From positions 105,232 through 169,231 of IMG/VR virus record IMGVR_UViG_3300048033_001096: a stretch of 64,000 nucleotides of DNA. One strand, given 5' to 3'. The notes under the pieces were generated by a model. The model was not told the origin of the DNA and ran no database searches. It saw only the letters and a program-made list of their open reading frames with translations. The stretch comes from a virus. Positions 8,801 through 19,100 of this stretch are shown here, in pieces (positions within the stretch are counted from its first letter, which is position 1; each line of letters begins with the position of its first letter). The translations under genes and the position numbers were made by a program.

Positions 8801-10818
8801 TTTTTCGTTCAGTAGATAATGTTATTGAATGGGATAACATATCTGCATTTGAGGATATTGGATTTGTTACTGCATTTACGCCTGTCGAAGTTGATGTAAC
8901 AGATATTACACAAACAGGAAATACTGTTAAAACCGGTGATATTGTACAAACAGGTAATACTGAAATTTTTGGAAACTTTACAGCAAATAATGATTTTTTC
9001 GGACCAGTAATTGATATTGACAATAACAAAATTATTAATACTCAAGAAGGTCTAAGAATGTCAACTAATTCTAGCGATGAATTTTCATTGCCAGAAATTG
9101 TAAAAGCTATTGTTAATGGTGCAACAGTTAATGACTATACTAATCAGCAAGAAAAAAATCTAGTAAACTTTTTAATAGATAATAATTATGTTGATGTTAA
9201 TCAAAGCGGAACACTTACAACTACAGATTATATCGCTTGGCTACAATATATAGTAAACGGATCAACTCCGGATGATAATTTTAATAATTTTTTAAAGCCA
9301 ATTATTGATGAAATAATTGCTTTAGAATATGAAACTCCAGGGTATTTTAATTTTATTTTATTCTTTGGTGATTACAATAATCCTAATTTAGAATTACGTG
9401 CTAACAGTTCGGGTCAAGTATTATTTCCAAACAATAACATCTTAATACAACAAAATTTATTCGCTTCAAGAATTATAGCACAAGACATTAATGTTGGAAG
9501 AGATTTAAATCTTAATGAAATTGTTATAACCGACAGTATAATAGAACTTGATGATAATTTTATTAGTACAACAATTTCTAATGAAAATTTAGAATTAAGG
9601 GCTAGTGAAAATAGGAATGTTACAACAAGTAATTTTTTAACTGTTAATAATACTCTAACAGTTAACAATAACAGTACAATTAAGAATTTAGATATTTTGG
9701 GAAATGTTATACAGACAGGGGACCGAAATCAAAATGGAAATTTAGCTGTTATAGGTAATGTAACAGTTAGTTCAACAAATATTGAAAGTGAAATACAATT
9801 TGACAATATTCTATTTAATGACAACTATATTACAACAACTGATTCGAATAGTAATTTAGAGTTAACAGCTAATGGATCAGGCGTTATTGATATAAATGGA
9901 ACTATTAATATTGATAACAATTTAGATGTTTTTGCAATAAATTCAGACGATATTAATAATTCATTAAACTTAGATTTTAAAAATGCCTTGATAAGTTCAA
10001 ATATTGAAATATTTGATAATGTTATTAGGACTACTGAAAGTAATTCTAATTTAGAATTAAGAACTTCTGACACTAGTAACATAAAATTATCAAATTTATA
10101 TTTTAATTTAGACACAATGTCTACACTAACGGATAATATTGTTATAACTAAAGACACGGTTCTTACGTCAAATAATAGTTTACAACTTCCAATCGGCACA
10201 ATTATTGATAGACAAAATACACCTGGTGGGTTACGATTTAATAGTGATACACAAGCATTTGAAGGGTATTATCAAAGTAATATTTCTTTAGGAGGAGTGT
10301 ATTCCGACGATAGAAGAACTAGTATTACTGCACATCCTACTAATAATACATTAATAGGTAGAACAAATAATGTTCAACGAATTGTTATCAACGATACATC
10401 TTTAAGAACACACGGATTGCAAGTTGACGATATATCAATACAAAATAATTTTATTAGTACAAATGTTTCTAATGCTGATTTAGATTTAAAAGCAGACGGC
10501 ACAGGAAAATTAATCTTAGACGACATTACAATTACAAATCAAACTATACTTAATAATTCTAATTCTGCTATTATTGTTAAAAATAATTTATACGGCAAAG
10601 CTAAGATTGCAGGTAATGCTGTTAAAATTCCATCTGGTACTGACGCTGAGCAACCGCCCTTTACTCCTGAAATTGGTATGACAAGATGGAATACTGAAAA
10701 CAATATTCTTGAAGCGTGGGATGGAAGTACATTCATAAGTGCAGCTGGTACTAGTGCATCTATCAGTGCAGAAGAAATGGACGATCTTATTTTAGAATAC
10801 ACTCTAATCTTTGGGTAA
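5848..10818 (+). CDS. Giant fibre/spike protein A1 (pectin-lyase-like beta-helix, NxDLELRANGxG repeats, carbohydrate-binding-like insert)
   Basis: GTG start after ATAAATA (5821) and SD; YVAQEGDD, RSPYIQNIT, EWLNSFTYYANR, STDQKGNFRVG; paralog of 10964. Confidence 0.7.
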   Translation: MAQVGRISGPLLTENLERNGIDLAFRNDLNTTQLLYFDVNNGRIAVNHDVPSYELDVIGTTQTTNLISNFSNVAGYTISNSTLSTIGNLNLNAAEAIVMANMENGTIRISDNTISTIISNANIDLTPNGTGTTEVINDLNVFGNIYTPGNITFDGTITLGDADTDDVTFETDVNSDIIPDQNNTYALGAEDRRWATLYTNLVNGRSASVDGYILNEVDLLTRHGGIIYVAQEGDDAHSGDHILDPLATISEALSRAEASGDQPFTILVAAGDYQEALPLVVPNNVSVIGQDIRNTVITPDTSSQSEDVFHLNDKTLIANLTIKNHYYDSVNNTGYAFRFAPDAIMTERSPYIQNITVITSETSDGDGDAGRGAWIDGDELNAATVNKTMLFHSCTFISPGADVINMTNDVRVEWLNSFTYYANRGLYAFAGVSGGAELRSIGSANVYGTYGAVADGADTLMYLIQHNFGYIGAGNKSDNNQEDAIQANEVVELNSGQIHFVSTDQKGNFRVGDNFFVDLESGNSSINIDTADIETLTGLIINTPTGTTVIDASYITTGNIRISDNEILSFVGDLNLEGATNTINISSNTNVSGSLNIIDNFSFGGTLNIAGDQPGRDTASDRLIFNVQFEQNFNPNLHLKYSLGEVQRPWLNAWLNRLEVGDITVDENYITTDVSNADLELLANGTGIINIPNNNFVIDNALSVSGTTSLQDVPLTGTLTQTDDFSITGNLFTTNVNITGNLTALSQQQFEEIRFDGNVITTTTSDSNLELRASGIGQILLPNNSVQNNNNLSADNIFNNSNINITLQTEFGSATVSDINIIGNYISTNNSNADLELRANGTGIISVNNNVNIDNNLTIGSKTFLQDGNTTYEYGPELVTNGTFDSNLNGWAQSGGGTATATSGNLRINSTGAARNVSQEIAVVPGKTYDFEAQFRSVSNGNPFYLRIFESGVGTLQEWNETTGLVPDQLLTFSFVPQTTSIDIIFRSVDNVIEWDNISAFEDIGFVTAFTPVEVDVTDITQTGNTVKTGDIVQTGNTEIFGNFTANNDFFGPVIDIDNNKIINTQEGLRMSTNSSDEFSLPEIVKAIVNGATVNDYTNQQEKNLVNFLIDNNYVDVNQSGTLTTTDYIAWLQYIVNGSTPDDNFNNFLKPIIDEIIALEYETPGYFNFILFFGDYNNPNLELRANSSGQVLFPNNNILIQQNLFASRIIAQDINVGRDLNLNEIVITDSIIELDDNFISTTISNENLELRASENRNVTTSNFLTVNNTLTVNNNSTIKNLDILGNVIQTGDRNQNGNLAVIGNVTVSSTNIESEIQFDNILFNDNYITTTDSNSNLELTANGSGVIDINGTINIDNNLDVFAINSDDINNSLNLDFKNALISSNIEIFDNVIRTTESNSNLELRTSDTSNIKLSNLYFNLDTMSTLTDNIVITKDTVLTSNNSLQLPIGTIIDRQNTPGGLRFNSDTQAFEGYYQSNISLGGVYSDDRRTSITAHPTNNTLIGRTNNVQRIVINDTSLRTHGLQVDDISIQNNFISTNVSNADLDLKADGTGKLILDDITITNQTILNNSNSAIIVKNNLYGKAKIAGNAVKIPSGTDAEQPPFTPEIGMTRWNTENNILEAWDGSTFISAAGTSASISAEEMDDLILEYTLIFG

Positions 10819-10840
10819 TCAACCTATTTTTTAATTAATC

Positions 10841-10963
10841 GATAAATACTATTAATGCAAAGTATGACCAATACTTGCAGGGTCAAACTGTGGTTAGCCA
10901 GCAAAGAACCTTAGGGGTGAAAATTCGGCTAGAGGGACAGGATCCCCGTATTGAGGAGAAAAG
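10841..10963 (+). promoter_or_regulatory. Late promoter plus structured (pseudoknotted) 5' leader
   Basis: GATAAATA at 10841-10848; a hairpin whose loop TGACC is complementary to GGTCA; SD GAGGAG. Confidence 0.6.
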
Positions 10964-13900
10964 ATGGCTGTTGGTCGCATATCCGGTCCGCTCTTAAAGT
11001 CCAATCTCATTCGTAATGGGATTGATCTAGCTTTTGAGACGGATCTACTATATCTAGATGTTAATAATCAGCACATCGGCATCAAGAATGCAACACCTCA
11101 ATACGAGTTAGATGTCCTTGGAACCACTAAAACTACAGATTTAATTGTTACTAATAGAGCAGACTTAGCAGATATTACTGTTGAAGGTAATACTATTAGT
11201 ACTACTCAACCTTATCTTAACCTTGCAACACTTGATACCGTAGTTGCACTTAATAAAATTAGAATTGACAGCATTGATATTGAAGGCAATGCTATCACAA
11301 CAAACGATTCAAACGCAAACCTAGAATTTCGTCCAAATGGCACTGGCAGTGTAGATATACACAGTGATTTAAATGTTGACGGAAATATTTACGCAAGTGG
11401 TAATATTACAGCAGACGGAAATATTACACTAGGTGATGCAGATACAGACAATGTTATCTTTAATGCAGATGTTGCATCAAACATTATTCCAGATATTGAC
11501 GATAGATATACATTAGGTAGTGACCCAGACGCTGGTGGAAAACAATGGAATGATGTATGGGTTAACAACCTACGTGCATCTAGTCTTATTGTTAGTGAAG
11601 AATTAGATGTTGGTGATATTGATTTTACACTAGTACACGGTAACACATACTATGTTGCAGTAAACGGTGACGATGCAAACGTCGGAGATCACTTCTTTGA
11701 TCCATTTGCAAGTGTAAAGCATGCACTAAGCGTAGCAGTTGTAGGCGACACTATTCTTATTAGTCCAGGTGTTTATACAGAAGAATTTCCATTAACAATT
11801 CCAGCAGGTGTTACAGTTAAAGGCGAAGGAATTCGTTCTGTAACAATAGAACCAACCTTAGCTACAAATACAAACAATGCATTTTTGCTTAATGGCGAAA
11901 CAACAGTTGAAGAATTAACAGTTAAAGGATTTTATAGTCCAGGATACGCATTTAGTTATGCACCAGGTTACACAGCAACAAGTCGCTCACCGTATATTAG
12001 AAACATTACAGTAATTACAGAAGGTAGCACAACAACAGCAGAAGATCCAAGAGGATTTAATGCAGGCGATGCAGGTAAAGGTGTGTTTTTAGATGGCGCA
12101 GTAGCAACAAGCACATCAGTTAACACAGCATTACTATTCCACTCAGTAACATTTATTACTCCAGGTGTTGATGCAGTAACTCTTACAAATGGTGCTAGAG
12201 TTGAGTGGCTAAACAGCTTTACATACTTTGCTAATCGTAGTATGTATGCATATGACAGTACACAAGGGCGTAGAGGCGCTGGTAAAACTAAGTTAACACT
12301 AAGTGGTATTACAGGAACCTTTACTCCAGGCAACACACTTACAATTACTTCAGCAGATGCATCAACTGTATTAGTAGGAACAATTGATAGTGTTGACGGT
12401 AATGATGTTTACGTTAGTAGCTATTTAGATTTTGACGGTTTTGATTTAACACCACAGAGTATTACAGATGGCACAGCAACAGCAACTACAATTGATAGTT
12501 TTGATTTAAGAGAGTTTGGTGCTGAAGTTAGACTTATTGCAAGTGCAAGTGTCTATGGTAACTTTGGGCTTGTAGGCCAAGGCCCGGGTGTTATTATGTA
12601 TGCCATTGGACACAACTTGGCATACATTGGTAACGGAAAAGAAGTTACAAACGATCCAAATACAGTTGTACAGGCAAACGAAATTGTAGAAACAGAAAGT
12701 GCAAAAATACGTTATAACTCAGTTGATCACAAAGGTGATTTTAGAGTAGGCGATTTGTTCTATGTTAATCAAGAAACAGGAAGTGTAACATTTGCTGTAA
12801 GTGATTTTGAAATTAACACTGAAAACGGTGTAACATTTACTACCGGCAGTGATACTACATTTGTAGATGGTACGAAAGTTGAAACTGGTGATTGGCGCAT
12901 TAGCGGAAACACTATTGAGACACTAACACAAGATGCTAACTTTGCAGGCGGAAGTGGAATTATTAATCTTAATTCGGATGTAAATGTAACTGGTAGTTTA
13001 GACGTAACCGGAAATGTTACAATTGGTGGTAATATTACAATCGGCGACGAAGCAACTGATACTATACAGATTATAGCAGGAATTGATTCAGACATTATTC
13101 CAAAAACTGCAAGTACTTATAGCTTAGGTACTGCAACAAAAACTTGGGCTAATTTGTTTGTTAACGAAATTAATGCAGACGATATTACTATTCGTGATAA
13201 TTTTATCGAAACAACATTATCAAACTCAGATTTAGAACTACGTGCTAACGGAACTGGTAATATTTTAATTCCAAGAAACGATGTTGTAATTAATAACGAC
13301 CTTGATGTTAATGGAACAGCAACACTTGCAAATACAAATATTACAGGAACACTTACACTCCTTGGAGATCTTAATCAAACAGGCGATTTTACTGTAACAG
13401 GTGATGTTACGGTATCACAGGATTTAGATGTTACTGGATCTGCGCAATTCGAAGAACTACTAGTTGACGATAACTTTATAACAACTACAACAAGTAATAC
13501 TGATCTTGAATTACGTGCTAATGGAACTGGTAATATTTTAATTCCAAACAATGATGTACAAATTACAAATGACTTAACTGTTGATAAAGATATTACTTCT
13601 AATAATTTAACAACTTCTGGCTTAGTTACTGCTAACAGTTTTACAACTGGCAATATTGTTATTAATGACAATTTTATAGAAACTACAGAATCAAATAGTA
13701 ATTTAGATTTACGTGCTAATGGTACAGGTAATATATATGTGCCGAACAACAATGTAGTAATTGACAATGACCTAACTGTAGACGGATCAACAAGTTTACA
13801 AGATGTTGATATCCAAGGTACAATTACACAAACTGGTAATACAACACAAACTGGTAATATTAATTTAACTGGTAACTTTGGAATTACTGGCAATATTACT

Positions 13901-15448
13901 ATTTCAGATACAGCACAATTTGAAAATATTAAAATTGAAGATAATTTTATTACAACAACTACAAGCACATCGGATTTAGAATTTCGTGCTACAGAATTTG
14001 GTGATATTGTTGTTCCTACTAACGATATGGTTGTATCAAATGATTTAATTGTAAGTGGAACAATTACTGTAGGAGATATTAATTCAGCAGGCACTATTAC
14101 TGCTAACAGATTTAGCACTGGTGATATATTAATAGACGATAACTTTATTACTACTACTTTAAGTAATTCGGATCTTGAATTACGTGCTAACGGAACTGGC
14201 AAAATATTAATTCCGAGTAATGATTTTGTTATTGATAATAATTTATCTGTTAACGGAAGTACAACATTAACTAATACCAATATTATAGGTGATATAACTC
14301 ATGTTGGTAATGTTACTCAAACTGGCGACATTAATTTAACAGGAAATTTAGATGTTACTGGTGAATTAGTTATTAGTGCTAGTGTTATACAATTTGAAGA
14401 CATTCAAGTTTCGGGAAATAAAATTACTACAACAGATAGTAATTCAAATCTTGAATTACGTGCAAACGGCTCTGGCAAAATTTATATTCCTGAAAATAAT
14501 GTTGTAATTAATAATGACCTTAATGTTAGCGGAATAATTACAGTAGAAAATATAGTTAGTACTGGAACAATAAGTTCTAATAGTTTTAGCACTGGTGATA
14601 TATTAATAGACGATAACTTTATTACTACTACTTTAAGTAATTCGGATCTTGAATTACGTGCTAACGGAACTGGTTCGATTATTATCGACGAATTTGATAT
14701 TAATGGATCAACAATAACAACTGTAAATGATTTAATATTACAACCAGGCAGCGGCAATGTTATAATAAACAGTACAGGGTCTTTAAAAATTCCAACTGGT
14801 GATACTAGCCAACGTCCTGTAGGACAAATAGGTCAAGTTAGATTTAATTCGCAACTAGAAAGATTTGAAGGGTACAACGGAACTAATTGGATTAACTTAA
14901 AAGGTGTAGAAGACCTAGATGGTGACACTAAAGTAACTGCCGAACTAACTGAAGGTGCAAATGACGGAATAATACGTTTTGATATTCAAGGTTCAACAAT
15001 TGTAACAATTAATGATACTGAATTAACAGCACCTAAATTAGTAGTTGACGATATACAAATTGACGGAAATGTTATTTCAACAACAACTACAGATACAGAT
15101 TTAATATTATCAGGTAACGGCACCGGAGAAGTAAGATTTAATAGTCTTTCTTTTAAAGGCTCTACAATTACTAACACAACTAATAACGGTATTACATTAT
15201 TTGAAAATACCGGAGACGGTTATGTTAAATTTGATGGGTCGTATGGAGTAGTAATACCGTCAGGTGCATCAGGTGATAGACCTCCAGCAGGATTTGTTGA
15301 AGTAGGACAAATGCGTTTTAATACAGACGACAGTCGTGTTGAAATTTTTGACGGAAGTAACTGGGTATCTGTTGCAGGTGCAGGTGCAGGTATTACTCGA
15401 GGCGATGCAGAAGAAATTGCACTTGCAACAGTATTGGTATTAGGATAA
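10964..15448 (+). CDS. Giant fibre/spike protein A2 (paralog of A1)
   Basis: MAVGRISGPLL...RNGIDLAF N-terminus as in A1; YYVAVNGDD; beta-helix; many DNFITTT.SNSDLELRANGTG repeats. Confidence 0.7.
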   Translation: MAVGRISGPLLKSNLIRNGIDLAFETDLLYLDVNNQHIGIKNATPQYELDVLGTTKTTDLIVTNRADLADITVEGNTISTTQPYLNLATLDTVVALNKIRIDSIDIEGNAITTNDSNANLEFRPNGTGSVDIHSDLNVDGNIYASGNITADGNITLGDADTDNVIFNADVASNIIPDIDDRYTLGSDPDAGGKQWNDVWVNNLRASSLIVSEELDVGDIDFTLVHGNTYYVAVNGDDANVGDHFFDPFASVKHALSVAVVGDTILISPGVYTEEFPLTIPAGVTVKGEGIRSVTIEPTLATNTNNAFLLNGETTVEELTVKGFYSPGYAFSYAPGYTATSRSPYIRNITVITEGSTTTAEDPRGFNAGDAGKGVFLDGAVATSTSVNTALLFHSVTFITPGVDAVTLTNGARVEWLNSFTYFANRSMYAYDSTQGRRGAGKTKLTLSGITGTFTPGNTLTITSADASTVLVGTIDSVDGNDVYVSSYLDFDGFDLTPQSITDGTATATTIDSFDLREFGAEVRLIASASVYGNFGLVGQGPGVIMYAIGHNLAYIGNGKEVTNDPNTVVQANEIVETESAKIRYNSVDHKGDFRVGDLFYVNQETGSVTFAVSDFEINTENGVTFTTGSDTTFVDGTKVETGDWRISGNTIETLTQDANFAGGSGIINLNSDVNVTGSLDVTGNVTIGGNITIGDEATDTIQIIAGIDSDIIPKTASTYSLGTATKTWANLFVNEINADDITIRDNFIETTLSNSDLELRANGTGNILIPRNDVVINNDLDVNGTATLANTNITGTLTLLGDLNQTGDFTVTGDVTVSQDLDVTGSAQFEELLVDDNFITTTTSNTDLELRANGTGNILIPNNDVQITNDLTVDKDITSNNLTTSGLVTANSFTTGNIVINDNFIETTESNSNLDLRANGTGNIYVPNNNVVIDNDLTVDGSTSLQDVDIQGTITQTGNTTQTGNINLTGNFGITGNITISDTAQFENIKIEDNFITTTTSTSDLEFRATEFGDIVVPTNDMVVSNDLIVSGTITVGDINSAGTITANRFSTGDILIDDNFITTTLSNSDLELRANGTGKILIPSNDFVIDNNLSVNGSTTLTNTNIIGDITHVGNVTQTGDINLTGNLDVTGELVISASVIQFEDIQVSGNKITTTDSNSNLELRANGSGKIYIPENNVVINNDLNVSGIITVENIVSTGTISSNSFSTGDILIDDNFITTTLSNSDLELRANGTGSIIIDEFDINGSTITTVNDLILQPGSGNVIINSTGSLKIPTGDTSQRPVGQIGQVRFNSQLERFEGYNGTNWINLKGVEDLDGDTKVTAELTEGANDGIIRFDIQGSTIVTINDTELTAPKLVVDDIQIDGNVISTTTTDTDLILSGNGTGEVRFNSLSFKGSTITNTTNNGITLFENTGDGYVKFDGSYGVVIPSGASGDRPPAGFVEVGQMRFNTDDSRVEIFDGSNWVSVAGAGAGITRGDAEEIALATVLVLG
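14111..14673 (+). repeat. Exact 89-bp direct repeat (14111-14199 and 14585-14673)
   Basis: Identical TTTAGCACTGG...CGGAACTGG copies 474 bp (158 codons) apart. Confidence 0.95.
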
Positions 15449-15452
15449 AGAT

Positions 15453-15782
15453 ATGGCAACAACATTTAAAAATAAAGTAGTACCTAGTGTAGGAACAGAA
15501 AGAACAGAAGTTCTTGCTACAAATGAAAATGCAAGAGTAACTGTTGTAGGATTTAGTTTAGCAAACACTACATCAGGAACAGTACTTGTAGATGTAGAAT
15601 TACAAGATTCAGATAGTGTATCAGGTTATTACGCTAAAGAAATTGTAGTACCACCTAACTCAAGTTTAAGAGTTTTAAACGGCGGTGAAAAATTAATTTT
15701 AACACCAGAAAATAACCTATATGTAACATCAAATGTTGATGACAGTATTGACATTATTATGAGTACAGTAGAGATTGTATAA
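15453..15782 (+). CDS. Small beta-rich virion protein (paralog family)
   Basis: MATTFKN...TVVGFSLAN...VPPNSSL...EKLIL...STVEIV. Confidence 0.55.
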   Translation: MATTFKNKVVPSVGTERTEVLATNENARVTVVGFSLANTTSGTVLVDVELQDSDSVSGYYAKEIVVPPNSSLRVLNGGEKLILTPENNLYVTSNVDDSIDIIMSTVEIV

Positions 15783-15792
15783 GGAGAAGTAA

Positions 15793-16167
15793 ATGGCATT
15801 TTATGTAGGCGCACAGCCAAGTATAACAGAACTATTAGGGGTTGGACAGCCAAGATACTTTTATGCTTTAAGAAGAACTGAGGACGGAACTTTATTTTTT
15901 GCTAAAATTGATCAGCTAAAAGATGTTGATTCGATTACAGTAAACAATCCTGGACCGTCTAGAGATGACTTTACAGAATTTGAATATGGTGTTGACTTCT
16001 TTGACGGAAGATTAGAAGAAGACCACAGTCGTCCATTTACAAACTTACAGTGGGATCAATATCGCTGGGATAACAAAAACATGTATTATTACGTAAACGA
16101 TGAGGGCGAACTAGTTGTTAGAATTAATCAAGCATACAATTATTTGCCATCTCAAATAGTCGAATAA
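15793..16167 (+). CDS. Hypothetical virion protein
   Basis: SD AGGAG; ORF within the structural operon; aromatic WDQYRWD...YYYV.GELVVRIN. Confidence 0.5.
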   Translation: MAFYVGAQPSITELLGVGQPRYFYALRRTEDGTLFFAKIDQLKDVDSITVNNPGPSRDDFTEFEYGVDFFDGRLEEDHSRPFTNLQWDQYRWDNKNMYYYVNDEGELVVRINQAYNYLPSQIVE

Positions 16168-16197
16168 ATATGTAAAAGAATTTAGGAAACCGCATAA

Positions 16198-19100
16198 ATG
16201 TCAGAATTTAAAATTAGTAGATTAAGATTTAGTTGGGTAGGCGAATGGAAAGACCAGTACGTTTACAATAAAGACGAAATTGTACAGTTTGAAGGTAAAG
16301 CGTATGTATGTTTAATACCTCATACATCAAACGGGTTTTACGCAGATTTAAGTAATATTGAACCAAAGTGGGAGTTAATGATGACTGGCCAGACTTGGAA
16401 AGGTCCTTGGCAACAGTTTACAAATTACGCTTTAGACAATATTGTAATTTTTGGTGGTGTTGTTTACAAATGTAACGAACAGCACCTAAGTGCAAGTATT
16501 ATTGATCCAGACATTGACAAGTGGGACGTTTATGCGGAGTCTAAAACTTGGAAAAGCGAATGGACATCTAATACAACATACGGTCCTGGTGATATTGTAA
16601 ACTATGGCGGCTCAGCTTACGAATGTATTATTGCTCATATATCTGCAGAAACAGATCTTTTAGGGTTAGAAGCTGACTATACTGATATTGACGATAGCAC
16701 AGAAAGATATTGGAAACTATCAACATACGGAGTCCAGTACAGGGGCGATTATTCTACATTTTCTGAAGACAGTACATATATTAGATATAAGTTAAATGAT
16801 GTTGTAAAATACGGGCCTAGCTTATATAAATGTATATGGGGACATTCTCCAGGCATTGCAATTGAAGATTTTTCGACTAATATGGAAATGGCCGATTCGT
16901 TTGTTCCAGAATATTGGGAAGAATGGCTACCTGGTTTAGACTTTGATAATGTATGGGATGTTGATACTTTCTATCAACCCGGTGATGTAGTACTATACGG
17001 TGGCTACTTATTCCAGAGTAAAATTATTAATAATCTTGGAAATAAACCTTCAACTACATACGGTGAAGATTCAACAGATGCTTGGGAAATTATATCAGAA
17101 GCATATAGTATTGACGGCGACTGGATAGTCGATTCTGAATATAAAGTAGGTAGTGTTGTTAGATACGGAGGCGACTTATATGTTGCCCTTACTGACAGTA
17201 TAGGTCAAAATCCAGGAAGTTTTGAAGTAACAATACCATACGAATCGGAAGGTTCGTCGGGTAATACTATCATTCTAAATGCTGAAGACTCTGTTCCGCT
17301 CGATGCAATTACTGTAGGTATGACAGTTACTGGTGAAGGGTTTGCTAGAGGTCAACAAGTTGAAGTAGTTGAAGTTGATGCCGAAACAAAACTAATTACA
17401 GTTACATTAAACTATCCGCCCGACGGAGCAATTAACGACGAAGCAGTTCTTACTCTAGCAGGAACAAATTATGCATTTTGGGAATTATTAATTCCAGGAT
17501 TCCAGTATGAAGGAAGATGGAGTGAAGGGCGTACATATAATGCAGATGACGTTGCATATTTTGGAAATGCAACATATAAGTGTACTAGAGAACATACATC
17601 TGCTCTTGTAAATAGACCTGATTTAGATTTACAAAATAATTATTGGATTATTTATTTACAGCACGATCAAAGAAATAGTCTTACAACTCCTGGGCAAATG
17701 ATTGTTTTTGATAAAGACGACGGCAACATACCTTTAGAAATCGGCGACGAAGCATCTATTTTAAAAGTTATTAACGGACTGCCAACTTGGAGTGATATTG
17801 ACTTTACACCAAATGTTTATTATGTTGCTACGAATGGTACTGATTTACCTGATAGAGGGACAACCCCCGATACAGCATGGGCATCGATTAAGTATGCATG
17901 TGAAATTATTAAAGAAGGTACTTTACAACAGAATGCTAAAGAATTAATTCAAAAAAACAAAGAGTGGATTGTGCAAGAAACATTTTATTGGTTCTTGTAT
18001 CAGCAAAATCAAGGTATAGCACCATTTGGTGACTCTTTTAATTTTGATAATGAAAAAGTTATAAGAGATTCTAGACAAATTGTAGATGCAGCAGTTAAAG
18101 ATCTTACACGCGGCGGCAATGCACAAACTGTTGCAGCAGCATTATCCTACTTTGATTTAGAAAGTACAAATAGATTTACAAATGATGAAATTGCAGCACA
18201 GGCTATATATTTTAAAATATTCTTTGTAAAACTATTTGAGCATATCGAATTTGCATTAACTAATACACCTTCAGGTACTAACTATCAACAGCTAGAAGGC
18301 GACAGACTTGGCGGCGATTTAAAACCCGGAATGATTCCATTTGCTACACAATACTTTAACACAAACTTAGTGTTGGATAGTAATACTTTAACAATAGTTA
18401 GAGCATTTGAAAGAATATATGTAGAATCGTTTACACTTGGATCACCAAATACAATTCCTCCAGCTAACGAATCAGCATACTCAACAATTAACATTAAAGC
18501 AGGTACTTATTTAGAAGAATTACCGATTGTTGTTCCTTGTAACTCAGCACTAAACGGTGACGAACTGCGTGGTACAACAGTACAGCCAGCTAATCCAGTT
18601 AACACATTATGTACAAAAACAACAGGCGATATAAATTTATTTACTGTTGGATCTACTGTTAATATGGAACATAATACTCCAGTGCAGTTTGTTTCATTAA
18701 ATCCAATAAACGAAATTAGTACCATTATTGGTGATGTAATTGCCGGACAGACATATTATGTAATTGGAGATTCAATTACGCCCACAGCATTTGCAGTTAG
18801 TGAAGAACCAGACGGTGTACCGTTTGAAATTAGAACTAACATTGGCGGAATGTATGTGTACGGCGGCAACGCACTAAGAGATATGTTCTATGTACAAAAT
18901 GCTACAGGCATACGTAATATGACTGTTAAAGGACTACGAGGAACACTAACAGTAGAAAACGAATACTTAACAAGACGCCCAACTGGCGGAGCATATGTTA
19001 GTTTAGATCCAGGCGAAGGACCGGATGACACAACAGCTTGGATTACTTATAAATCTCCATATATTCAAAACGTAACAACATTTGGTAAAGGCTGTGTTGG

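Noticed and set aside
10878-10935. Resemblance of the A2 leader (CAGGGTCAAAC...GCAAAG) to a c-di-GMP-I riboswitch
   Set aside because: It lacks the GNRA-capped P2 stem with GGGACGCAAAG and the receptor; only short words match. A cmscan would settle it.
14111-14673. 89-bp repeat as a DGR template/variable pair or a CRISPR repeat
   Set aside because: The copies are identical, in frame and mid-gene, with no adenine-specific differences; no reverse transcriptase or cas genes in the window.
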